From Sminthopsis crassicaudata (Eukaryota): a stretch of 64,000 bases of DNA. Within the stretch, counting starts at the first letter, position 1; each line of letters opens with the position of its first letter. Under the pieces are notes generated by a model. That model was not told the DNA's origin and did not search any database. It saw only the letters and a program-made list of their open reading frames with translations. Below, in pieces: positions 32,369 to 43,589 of the stretch. The translations under genes and the position numbers were made by a program. The stretch lies in contig NC_133622.1 in assembly GCF_048593235.1 (NCBI RefSeq), positions 251,166,055 to 251,230,054 on the forward strand. Direction: 5' to 3'.

Positions 32369-35212
32369 ATGCCGAGCAAGAAGAAGAAGTACAACGCGCG
32401 CTTCCCGCCGGTAAGGACTCGGCCCGGGGCCGCCCCCGGCCCCGCCTGGGCCTCCCCGCGCCGCCCCCCCCTCCGCAGCTGTCCCTGTCCCCGGGGCCCG
32501 GCCCCCCCCAGCGCCTCCAGCGTCTGGACCCCCCCCCCCCCCGGCAGCGCCCGCCTGCCCCGCCTGCGGCACCCACAGTCTGGGACAGCCCCCTACCCTC
32601 CGACCCCGCTCCCCCTTCCTCTGCAGCCCCAACTTGGAGACCCCCGCCTGTCCCCATCCGCCGGGACCCCCCTCCCGGACCCCTCCTCCGCTTCGCTCCT
32701 CTGTCCCCGAACCTGCGCGCCGCCCTGGGACCCCGCGGGGGAGGTGGGGAGGGGGCCTCACCCTGTTCTTCTGCCCCATCTAAGGCCAGGATCAAGAAGA
32801 TCATGCAGACGGACGAGGAGATCGGCAAGGTGGCTGCAGCTGTTCCTGTCATCATCTGTATCCTGGGTGTGGGGACCCGGGCCGGGGTCAGGGGCTGGGG
32901 CCAGGGGGTCAGGGGTCATGGGGCTGGGGGTCAGGGGGGTCAGGAGGCTGGGGTCATGGGGCTGGGTGCGTTTCCTTGGTTTTTCCCTTTCCTTTTTGTG
33001 GCTAAGACAATTGGGGTTCAGTGACTTGCCCAGGGTCCCACAGCCAGGAAGTGGGAAGCGTCTGAGGCCAGATTTGAACTCCTGACTCCAGGGCTGGCCC
33101 TCTCGTGGCTGCCCCTCCTTGGTTTTTCTTGACGAGCCCCCTCAGCTCGAGCACTAGAACTGTTTTTGGAATCGCTTCTCAAGAAAGCCTGTCAAGTGAC
33201 CCAGTCCCGGAATGCCAAGACCATGACCACCTCCCACCTGTGAGTCCGGCTCCGGCCTCCCTCCTCCCCTTTGCCTCCCTCACCTTTGGAAAGGTCACCG
33301 CACTCACAACTAGACGACCCCTCGGGCCCCTCCCTGCAGCCCAACCTTTTCCTGGTTCTGGACCCTTTAGTGGGGGGTAAAGTTAGAAAACTTCGAGGGT
33401 CGCCTCGAGGAGCCCCACCCCCATTTCTGCCAAGACCCCTTCCCCTGGAGCTCAAGGGGGGAGCTCAGCCCTTAACTCCCATCCTAGGAAACAGTGTATC
33501 GAGTTGGAGCAGCAGTTTGACTTCCTGAAGGACCTGGTGGCCGCCGTGCCAGACATGCAGGGGGACGGAGAGGACAATCACCTGGACGGCGAGAAGGGAG
33601 CCCGGAGGTAAGGGCTGCGGGGGGAGGGGGCGCTCCTCTCCTCCTCCCCAGGCTGCTTTGCTCCAGAGAAAACCTTTTCAGAATTATTCTGATCTAAGCA
33701 GTGCCAGAAAAAGGGAGAAGTTCGGAAACATTCGGCCCCTGCTGGAGGCCAGGAAACCCCGGTTTTCTGCCTCTGTCCTCTCACACGCACGCACACGTAT
33801 CTGCGTCCAGCCTCTTGCTTTCTTTTCCAGAATTGTTATTGCTGCCTTTTGTTTTTATGTCCCTGGGTTTCTCAGAAAAGCACCCTCCCTGCTCCTCCCC
33901 AGAGAAAAGTACTGTAGAACCAACAAAGGGGTTTCTTTGTTTTTTTGCTGAGGCAATTAGGGTTAAGTGACTTGCTCAGGGTCTCACAGCCAGGAAGTGT
34001 GAAGTGCCTGAGATCAGATTTGAACTCCTGACCCCAGGGCTGGGCCTCCAGGGCCATCCAGCTGTCCCACCAATAAAGTTTTTAAAGAAAAAAAATCAGA
34101 ACGGATCAGCCCTTAGAAAAAGTCTGCTGGAGTATGCAGCACTCCACCCCCGGGGACCTCCACCTCTGCCAAGGGGTCAGAGCGGGGGGAGGGCTTCTCC
34201 AGCCAGTGTTCACACTGCCGCTCGCCGCTTGTGTAGTGTGGTGCTCCTGGGTCTCTGTTTCTTACGCATCAGTTCTTACAAATCTTTGGGGGTTTCTTTG
34301 AGACTCTCCCTTTCCCCCTTCTGACGGCCCCGTAGTATTTGACCCACATCTGCAAAGGGTCTCTGAGCCAGGCTCCCTCTGAGGCCGAATGACGTTTCGG
34401 CACATCAGGCCCTGCTTTTTGTGACCTGTGACCTCGAGCATTCATAACCATTCTTCGCTGTCGCCTTAGTTTCCCCGTCTGGAAAGTTCCCAAGTCTTAT
34501 GTCTGATTCTAGGGGCCGGAAGCCTGGGAGCAGCCGGAAGAATGGCGGTGCTGGAGGAAAAGGGAAAGACAAGAAGCAGTCCGGCACGGACTCGGAGCAG
34601 GAGGTAAGATGGCCCCTTAGACTTGCCCAGGGCAGGGCTTGCTTCCCTTCGGTGTCTCTGGCCACTGAGGGCTCGTGCTTGATTGCCGCTGAGCTCACGG
34701 CCTGGCCCTGGGCCTCCCCCAGCCTGCCTGACGTCCCTGAGCCGTCGGCCTGGCCCCTTCCCTCTGAGCTGGGGCGGTCTGAGGGGCTGACCTGGCTGAT
34801 TCCGCCCACAGGATGATTCTGAGGACACAGAGACAGATGGGGAGGAGGAGATGCCCCAGCCCCCAGCCCAACCCATTCGGCCCCCGGCCCCGTTCCAGAG
34901 GTGAGGTCGGCGACCGGGATGGGGGCATCATAGGAGGTGGGGGCGGGGGTGCAGGCCAGAGGCCGAGGGGAATACAGGGGGTCTGTCCGTGGTGGAGGCG
35001 CACCCTAGGTGGGGAGACGGCCCCATAGTGCTCCGGGGTTCTGTTGGGGGGGAATGGGGTTCTGGCCCTGGGTGCCTCTGTAACTAATCCAATCACCTCT
35101 CTCCTTCCACAGCCCCCCGGCCCCTTTTCTCCCCTTTTCCTCCACCCTCCCTCTCCCTCCGGCCCCCCCTGGCCCCACAGCTGTTGAAGAAGAAGAAGAT
35201 TATGATTCATAG
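32369..35212 (+). CDS. DRAP1: DR1-associated corepressor (NC2 alpha), 7 exons, 202 aa
   Basis: Exons 32369-32410, 32785-32857, 33146-33239, 33488-33607, 34513-34603, 34812-34900 and 35113-35212; total 609 nt. The histone fold [57 protein letters not shown]...[19 protein letters not shown] is followed by an acidic/Pro-rich tail ending EEEEDYDS. Confidence 0.97.
32858..33145 (+). other. U12-type (minor spliceosome) GT-AG intron, DRAP1 intron 2
   Basis: Donor GTATCCTG matches 7 nt of RTATCCTT. Branch site TTCTTGAC at 33126-33133 has its A 13 nt from the acceptor end, with no long polypyrimidine tract. The intron contains an antisense SINE (~33005-33110). Confidence 0.8.
33945..34070 (-). mobile_element. 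CORE-SINE in DRAP1 intron 4
   Basis: gctgaggcaattagggttaagtgacttgctcagggtc...agatttgaactcctgac...agctgtccc. Confidence 0.8.
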
Positions 35213-35324
35213 GTCTACCCCCCCCCCCTAGCCGTCTCACCTCCTCCTCCCACCCTCTACCCTCATTTAGTCCATTTTAGGGGCTGTAGGTGAGGTGGGG
35301 GGAGGGGAGGACCTTCTTAAATTT

Positions 35325-35330
35325 ATTAAA
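35325..35330 (+). terminator. Likely DRAP1 polyadenylation signal (ATTAAA)
   Basis: Variant hexamer 113 nt after the stop codon. Confidence 0.55.
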
Positions 35331-36829
35331 AAATTTTAAAAAGAAAGAGGCTCCTGAGTGTTCCCCCCCCCAAGCCCTCCATCTCTGGGTGCTCTCCCCC
35401 AGGCCCCCCACTTCCCCACCCTCCTTTCCCTCTAGGAGAAACAAAGCATGGGCGTGCTTGGGGAGTCATTCCTCCCGCGCCTCACTTTGCTGATTTGTAA
35501 GGGAGGCATTGGGTCCAGTGCCCCTAGAGAGTGGATGGCTGCCAGACCCTCTGCCCTGGAACCTGGGCTCAGATACTTCCTCCCCCATTCAGCTGTTCCC
35601 TCGCCTGTAAGCTAAGGTAGCTGCACCCCTGTTGCTGGGGCACTGGGAGCCAGAGTCACTGGGGTCAGGGCAACCCTCCCTCCTCTCCACTTTTATCCAC
35701 CTGCCCCTGCCCTGGTGACTGAGGTTCACCCTGCGGAGTCCCAGAAAACCCTCTGGACCTCCAGGGAGGGAAGGCCAGAGGCAGGTGATGGTGCCCAGGG
35801 ACAGAGCGGAGGTGAGCGTGAGGCCATGGAGATGGAAAGGACCCAAGACTTTGGCCAGATGGAGAAACTGAGGTCCTGAGGTCCCAGGTGGCTCCACAGG
35901 CGGCAGCTGCCCCCTGCAGAGCGCTTTATGTGTCATGCCATAAGGCAACAGTTCTCATCCCCAGGGAGGGGCCACCAACCTCAAACGGGCGATGTGATTG
36001 GCCAGTGTTGGAGTCAGTTTAGGTCACACCAACTCCAGATCCCGTTTTCTGTCCATTTGTCTTGATCCCTATGCAGAAAGCAGCTGTACCCCAAAGCTCC
36101 CCAGCTCCCCTTCTTTCCCCTAGCCTCCTCCCTGGAACTGGCCCCTTAAAATCCCCCAAAGTGAATCATGGAGACTTGAGCCTCTGGTGGAATTTATCTA
36201 ATACTACTGGGTTGGGGAGAAAGCAGGAACCATGGGGCTGGCCCAGGGTGGAGGGAGGGGGTAGTCTCAAGCCCTGTTCAGTCCTGATCATCCACCTGGA
36301 TTCTGTTTAACTCCCTCCAACCCCTTCCCCATTTCTGCATGGAGCCCCTTTGTCCTCAGGGTTGTACAAGTTAGAAAGGCCTGGTCTTCAGATGTCCTTG
36401 AACCATCTAAACGTCCCTATCTCGAGACCGTTGAGCGTCCTCCCCGCTTAGACCACCAGAGGGCCTTCTAACAGAGACCTGGGATCCCCTTTGGGCTAAG
36501 TTCTGGGTATCAAATTTAGGATGCTGTCGAGACAATCCAGGTCGCCTGGGTCCTGATCAGTGTGGAGCCTGCCCCCCTTGTGCCAGACCCCACGACTCTA
36601 ACCCACCAGAGACTCGTATGCCATTCTTGTCTCATTTGGGGTTTGCAGTCCTCTAAGAATCCCAGATCATTTTCAACAGGTACCCAAAAGTTTACCAGGG
36701 CTCAGATTATCTGGAGGTTCTTCTGCCTTGACAAGGTGAGACTTGAACCAGATCTTAGCAAGCTGATCTTGACAGGAAGGAAAGGGAGAAGGGGTTGAGT
36801 CAGTGGAGGGAAATGGGCCACATTTATGG

Positions 36830-36992
36830 GTACTGGCAGTGTGACCCTGAGCAAGTCACTTAACCCAGTTTGCCTCAAGATTTCCCATCGGTAAAGGGAA
36901 TTGGAGAAGGAAATGACAAACTCCCCCAGGATCTTTGCTGAGGAAACCCCAGATGGTGGCATGAAGAATCGGACAGGACTGAGATGACTGAA
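36830..36992 (+). mobile_element. Mar1-type CORE-SINE with RTE/Bov-B-like tail
   Basis: The CORE (gtgaccctgagcaagtcacttaacc) is followed by ggagaaggaaatgacaaactcccccaggatctttgctgaggaaacccc...gaatcggacaggactga. Confidence 0.75.
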
Positions 36993-37220
36993 GTGTCTCC
37001 TGGTGCCCTTTTTCCTGTTCCTACCTAGAGAACCATCTCATATGGCAATATTTTTAAATAAAGCTTTTTATTTTCAAAACACATGCAGATAATCTGACAG
37101 CATTGACCCTTGCATAGCCTTGGATTTCAGATTTGCTCCTACTCCCCACCCCCTCCCCTAGATGGCAAGCAAAAATCCAATATATGTTAAATATGTATAA
37201 TAATGTTTTTTTGTTTTTCC

Positions 37221-37351
37221 TGAGGCTGGGGTTAAGTGACTTGCCCAGGATCGCACAGCTAGGAAGTGTTAAGTGTCTGAGACCAGATTTGAACTTGGGT
37301 CCTCCTGAATTCAAGGCTGGTGCTCTATCCACTGCGCCACCTAGCTGTCCC
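37221..37351 (-). mobile_element. CORE-SINE (WSINE1-like)
   Basis: Reverse complement of a full gggacagctaggtggcgcagtggatagagcacc...gttcaaatctggtctcagacacttaac copy. Confidence 0.85.
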
Positions 37352-38749
37352 AGTAGTGTTTTTTAAGACTAAAAAAAGGAAAAGAAAATCAGCCAAAGGG
37401 ATCTGGCTACCCGGAAACTCCAATAGGCAAGGTATTTATGTGGCCTTAAGGAAGAATCTGGGAAGATTCCAAGGGGGAGGTGACCTTTACGCTGCCTGGA
37501 GGTGGCAAGGCAGAGTGAGACGGCCATCCAGGTATTAGGGGCTCTCTGCTCTGGAAAATGAGAGGGTGGGATTCATTTTGTGCACATGGCCCCAGGAAGG
37601 GGGCAAAGTAGTCATGTCCCAGTTCTGTAGAAGTTCATTCTATGATAGTGTCATAAAGCAAAGTAAAACCTCATTCTACATTTGTGTAAACAGACAGAGC
37701 AGGGTTAAAGCAACTCATTTAGAGAAACAGACAGTCGGGGAAGAAGTAACCACGATGGAGACAAGCCAGGACATTGGCTGAGCTCTCCCCAGCTTCCCTC
37801 ACAATCAATGCTAGAACAAGCCTTGGAACATTTTCTGGAGCGACAAAAGCCACAAACAGGGAAATTATTTTCAAGCTTAAGATATCTTGGAAGAACTTCA
37901 GGAAAGGCACTCACTTGGGCAGAAGGGAAACGGGTATGACATAGGGAATCTAGTGGGACACTCTTGCCAAAGGGACAGCAGCATTGGCTACCCTGTCCTA
38001 GTTCCGAGGGCTAGTGGCCCAGCAGGCCAGCTGTGAGGCCTCCCACTCAACCATGGAAGGTAAATAAATTCTTAGCCCTTAATAACAGGTGGGACCAGGT
38101 CAAGGTCAATCCAGCACAGTGGGAAAGCCCGAAAGCACTGTCAGTCTCTCAGAAAATTAGTGAGAGGTCCCTGACCACCTGCAAAAAAAAAAAAAAAAAG
38201 TTTCAAACAATCTCCCCTGCTCCCTAGGAGCAAAGCTCAACTTTTAAAAATGAGCAAAAAAGCAGAAAGACCCCTGAAAGCTACTATGGCAACAGGGAAG
38301 ATCAGAGCACAAAGCCAGAAGAAGATAGCAATGGCAAAATGCCTACATGTAAAGTCTCCAAGGGGAATATGAACTGCTCTCAAAGCTCAAAAGGATCTAT
38401 TGGAAGAGCTCAAAAAGAATTTACAAAATTATTAAGGGGTAGAAGAAAAATGGGGAAAATTAAATGAGAGCTATGAAAATTTTGGAAGGCCAACAGCTTG
38501 TAAAAGGAAGCACAGAAATTGACTGAAGAAAACTTTAAAAACTGGCAAAATGAAAAAAAAAATCCATTGAACAAAACTCCTTTAAAAGTACAATTTGCCA
38601 AATGCAAAGATAGCTAATGTAAGAAAACAATTCACTCAAGATTAGAATTGTATGAATAGAAGTGAATGACCCAATGAGATATTTTTTAAAAATAGAAAAT
38701 GTAAAATATCTCACTAGGAAAAACAACTGACCTGGAAAATAAGCCCAGA

Positions 38750-38893
38750 TGTTATAGGCCAGAACTCTGAAACAAAGACTCTTACAAGGCATTAAGTCAG
38801 TGGAATTTACTTAATAGTTCTCTAGTTCAGTATATGTACTTAGTACTTAATATAGTTCCATAAGATTCACACCTACGATAATGAAGTATATAA
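38750..38893 (+). mobile_element. ERV LTR 5' fragment fused to a SINE 3' half inside L1 ORF1
   Basis: cttacaaggcattaagtcagtggaatt...ttagtactta...ttccataagattcacacct aligns by eye with the LTR at 18991. Confidence 0.65.
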
Positions 38894-40320
38894 CAGCCAG
38901 CCTTTGCTGGTTTCAGACACTTAACACTTCCTAGCTGTGTGACCCTGGGCAAGTGACCCCAGCCTAAAAAATAAAATAAAATAAAAAAAAGAAATCTAGG
39001 AAAACTGCCCTGTTATCCCTGGAATCAGAAAGTAAAATAGCCATTAAAAGAATCCACTGATCACCCTCTGAAAAAGACCCCCCCCCAAAAAAAAAACTCT
39101 TAAGAAATATTGTAGCTAAATTCCAAAATTATCAGATCAAGGAGAAAAGACTATAAGCAGCCAGAAAGAAACAATTGGAATATAGAAAAGCCAGAAACAG
39201 GATTAGCTAAGACCTAGCAGCTTCCACATTGAAGGATTGAAGAGCCTGGAATCTGATGTTCTGGAATTTGGCAAAGGAGCTTGGACTACAGCTAAAAAAA
39301 TCAACCACCCAGCAAAATTAAGCATTTTCTTTCAGGGGGAATGATGGACATTCAATTAAATTGGGGATTTTCAATCATATCTGATGAAAAGACTAGAGCT
39401 GAACAGAAAATTTGATCTTCAAATAGAAGAGAAATATAAAAAGAAAAAACAACCAATTACTTTTTTAAAAAGGTTAAGTTGTTTACACCCCTTCATGAGA
39501 AAATGATACTTGTAACTTAAGAATTGTATCTTTGTTAGGGTACTTAGAAGGACTATACATAGAGGGTGTGAGCATAAGTTGGCTTTAATGTGATCATAAA
39601 AATTAAGGGGTGGAAAAGGGATTGTGTTGGGAAAAGAGGAAAGGGGAGATAAAAAAGAAGTGAATTACATCATATGAAGAGGCACAAAAGACCTATTACA
39701 GTAGAGGAAAAGAAGGAAGGAAGATTTTGAACCTTAATCTCATCAGATTTGGCTAAAAGAGGGAAGAAATAAAATACATTTCAAGTTTAGTATAGAAATT
39801 AATCTCACTGTATACTGTACATTTTTGGAAATAGGTGGGGAAAAGGAATAAGAAAGGGGGGAGGCTGATTGAAGAGAGGGCAGAAATAGAAGAGGAAAGG
39901 GGTAAAAAAGGAAGGAGAGAGGCTGATAAAAGCGAGGGCAGATTGAGGGAGGTAGGGGTCAAAAGCAAGACACTTGTGAAGGGAAAGGGTGAAAGGAGAG
40001 AGAAACATAAAAATGCGGAAAAATACAGTTAGTAATATTATTAATTATGAATGTGAATGGGATGACCGCTCCACAAAACGGAATTGAATAACAAACTGGA
40101 TTAAAAGCCAGAAACCTGCAATATGTTGTTTACCAAAAATATATGTGAAGCAGAGAGATACATACAGAGTAGACCTAAAACACTGGGAAAGAATTAATAT
40201 ATTATGCTTCAGCTAAAGGGAAGAAACAAAGGTAGTGATCCTAATCTTAGACTAAGCAAAAGCAAAAATAGATCTAATTAAAAGAAATAAGGGAACGACA
40301 TCTTGCTAAAGTATACCATA

Positions 40321-40388
40321 TGTTAGGTTCTTACTAAGTGCTAACTTAGCAACTTAGTACCAACTTAGCACTTAGTAAGAACCTAACA
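40321..40388. mobile_element. 68-bp palindromic mini-element made of two inverted LTR left ends, with a 5-bp TSD
   Basis: Perfect 24-bp terminal inverted repeats (TGTTAGGTTCTTACTAAGTGCTAA ... TTAGCACTTAGTAAGAACCTAACA) flank a 20-nt core. CCATA is present at both 40316-40320 and 40389-40393. Confidence 0.85.
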
Positions 40389-40949
40389 CCATACATAATA
40401 AATCACTATGAATACTTAATATATGCATAGTATAGTATTCAAATTCTTAGAGGAGAAATTAAGTGAGTTGCAGGAAGAAATAGCAAACTACACTAGTGGG
40501 GGATTTCAATCTCTCTCTCTCAGAACTAGATAAATTTAATCACAAAATAAAAGGGAAGTTAAATAGAACTTTAGAAAAGTTAGGTTATCATATGCTTCTG
40601 GAGAAAATTGAATGGGGATATACCTCTTTCTCAGAGGTACATGGCACCTACACAAAAAATGACCTCACAATCAAATGCAAAAAGGCAGACATGTTAAATG
40701 CATCCTTTACAGATCATGATGCAATAAAAATTATGTGTAATAAAGGGTCATGGAAAAATACTCCAAAAATTGATCAGAAACTGAATAATCTAATCCTAAA
40801 GAATGGGTAAGTCAAAGAACAAATCGTAGAAACTATCAATTTCATTCAAGAGAATGACTGTAATGAAACAACATACTAAAACTTATGGGATGCAACCAAA
40901 GCAATTCTTAGGGGAAATTTTATATTGAATTTTAAAGTTTTTGTTTTGT

Positions 40950-41080
40950 GATGCAATTGGGGTTAAGTAACTTGCCTAAGGTCACACAGATAAGAAGTGT
41001 TAAGTGTGTGAAGCCAGATTCAAACTTTGGTTCTTCTGACTCTGGGACTGGTGCTATATTCTCTGTACCATCTAGCTTCC
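40950..41080 (-). mobile_element. CORE-SINE nested in L1 ORF2
   Basis: gcaattggggttaagtaacttgcctaaggtcacacag...ccagattcaaac...tagcttcccc. Confidence 0.75.
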
Positions 41081-42488
41081 CCTTAGGGGAAATTTTTAGA
41101 TCTCTAGATGCTTACAGGAATAAAATAAAGAGGAGACTAATGAATTGGGCATGCAACTAAAAATGCTAGAAAAATAGCTTTTAAAAAAACCAATTAAATG
41201 ACAAATTAGAAATTCTGAAAATCAAAAAAGAGATTAATAAAAGTGAAAGAAAGCTATTGAACTTATAAAATAAAACTGAGTTGATTTCATTAAAAATACA
41301 AAGACCAACAAAATAGATAAGCCTTTGGTTAATTTGATTAGAAAAAGGAAGAAAACCAAAGTATCAGTATCAAAAAGGAAAAGGATGAACTTATCACTAA
41401 TGAAGAGAAAATTAAAGCAATAATTAGGAGCTATTTTGCCCAATTGTGTGGCAGTAAATCTGACAATCTAAAATGGATGAATATTTACCAAAAATATAGA
41501 TTGCCCAGATTAAATACTTACAAAGTTCCATTTTAGAAAACTAAATTGAACAAGCCATCAGTGAATTCCCTAAGAAAAGGGTAGATTGATTTACAAATTC
41601 TACCAAACGTTTAAAGAACAATTAATTCCAATAGAGTAACAGATGTACTTTCAAAGCTAGCTTGCTGATCCCTGCATCATGTTGTCTTTCTGCTAAGAGG
41701 CCACTGGGAGGCGACACAGTGCAGAGAACCCTAGACCTGGAGTTGGGAAGATAAGATCAATCCAGCTTTAGATTTCATCCTTTCAATTTCAGTCTACCCC
41801 ACTTTCCTCATGTGTAAAATGGGGATCAAGATAGACCTGTCCTCCTAGGGTTGTTTGGAAGATAAAATAAGGTTGTATTTGTAAAGTGCTTTATGAATTA
41901 GTGTTATAATTCCTATAATTTCATTCAAACTCTGGCCTTCAGGCAGCTCCTCTAAAGGCTAGAGATGACCTGCTGGTACTCTGACTGTGATTTCAGGATG
42001 CTTGAGAGCCTTCTATGATGTTCTGCAGCATTTTCAACATTCCCTCTATTAACCTGGTTAGCATTAATGGCGACCACGTGTTCTAAGCCTAAAGGCTTGG
42101 CTGAGCTCATCCTGAACTCCCACTGTCCTTTCCTATATTGATCCCAGAAGCCACCTTGTCATGGTTCTTTCTGGCAAGGGCAAGAGACCCCCAAAGGCCC
42201 CCGCTTCCCCGACTTCTCTTTTTGCTAGGTGACTGACTGACTGAGAAGTAGAGGTTGAATGGGAGCATGAAATACAGTTACCTAACATCTGAGGTAAAGG
42301 AGAGACTCAAAGTACTTTGGGAAATCTGAGCAGGAAACATCCCTTTTAATTGGGGGCTTCTTGAAAGAGGGGGCATCGAAATGGAGCCTAGAAATATTCA
42401 CAAAGTCAAGTCTACCAGCATTTATTAAGCTCCTAATAGGTATCAGATTATGCTCAGCACCTCCTGATACAAAGAAAGGTTAAAAAAA

Positions 42489-42665
42489 GGGGGCTGCTAG
42501 GTGGCACAGTGGATAGAGCACCACCCCTGAGGTCAGGAGGACCTGAGTTCAAATCTGCCCTCAGACACTTAACACTTCCACACTGTGTGATCCTCCAAGT
42601 CACTGAACCCCAATTGTCTCAGGAAAAAAAAAATTTAAATAAATAAAAAAAACTTAAACAAAAAA
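42489..42665 (+). mobile_element. CORE-SINE (WSINE1-like) with A-rich tail
   Basis: ggggctgctaggtggcacagtggatagagcacc...aggacctgagttcaaatctg...cactgaaccccaattgtctcag followed by an A-rich tail. Confidence 0.85.
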
Positions 42666-43589
42666 ATCCAACCCTTAGCCTAAGGGAGCTTCTGATCTAA
42701 CAGTGAGAAATCACATGTAAACAACTATGTACAAACTGAATATATGTACAAACTGAGTTATATGGAGAGCATTCCTTCTGGGAGGAGAAAGCGAGGAGGT
42801 GGAGATGAGGAGGGAGACTTGGGGGACCAAAGTCTGACAGGAGGAAATGGACAGGCTGGTTTGTCCAGTCTGATCGAAGCCTAAAGTCTGTGAAAGGAAC
42901 ATAAAAGCTTAGAAAGTAAGAGCTGGAAGAGATCTTAGAGGCCCTCCCAGCCCATCCCTCAGGAGCCGACTGGTTTGGATGGCAGTTCATACTGCCTCCT
43001 AATTCTCTAAAACCATTGCTTTTCAAAAACAGCATGGACTGCCTTCACAGAAAGGTAGTGAGCTCTCCAGAACTGGAAGTCTACAAGCAAAATATGGCTG
43101 GCTGTCAACATTGTTTAAAGGGGCATGTCTGCTAGCTCTGGGAGGGAGGGAGGAAGGAAAGGAGGGAGGGAAGTGCTGGACTTGGGGCCTCTGAGAAGCT
43201 TCCAGCTCTGAGAATGATTAATGTGGGTAAAGGTAGAAGGCCTGGAAATGCCAAGTTCAGTAAGGCAAGAAGAGAATGGGGATGATTCTGATACTGTCGG
43301 CCTAGCTCTGGGGTGGGGGGCCGTTGGCAAACAGTGTCTACAAATGAACCCCTGGAATGATTGCAGCTGGTACTTCTAGAGGGCCATTTCCCTTGAGTGA
43401 GCAGGAACCTCTGATTGCCCAGGCAGGATCTGAGATTCCCAGTGTGCATTGGAGGGCGTGTCATCTGATCATACCTAATTTGTGAATCCATTGGAAAGCA
43501 CGCCTCCTCTACTTCAGCCCTTTTGGGTGCAGTTGCACCCAGCTCTCAGAGAAGGGGAGGTTGGGCTTGGGGACACCACAAGAGGAGGA

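Larger units (their letters stand above)
37400..41640 (+). mobile_element. Decayed L1: probable 5'UTR, ORF1 and ORF2 endonuclease region, with nested insertions
   Basis: An ORF1-like start ATGAGCAAAAAAGCAG...AGCTACTATGGCAACAGGGAAGATCAG at 38250, and an endonuclease start NVNGM...WIKSQKPAICCL near 40050. Many stops and frameshifts. An LTR fragment, SINEs and a 68-bp palindrome are nested inside. Outer boundaries are approximate. Confidence 0.8.

Noticed and set aside
36680-36735. Isolated exon-like unit (ttttcaacag|56 nt|GTGAGA)
   Set aside because: No partner exons or recognisable peptide were found, and such site pairs arise by chance.
38250-41640. Active full-length L1
   Set aside because: ORF1 and ORF2 are riddled with stops, frameshifts and nested insertions, and no reverse-transcriptase domain follows.
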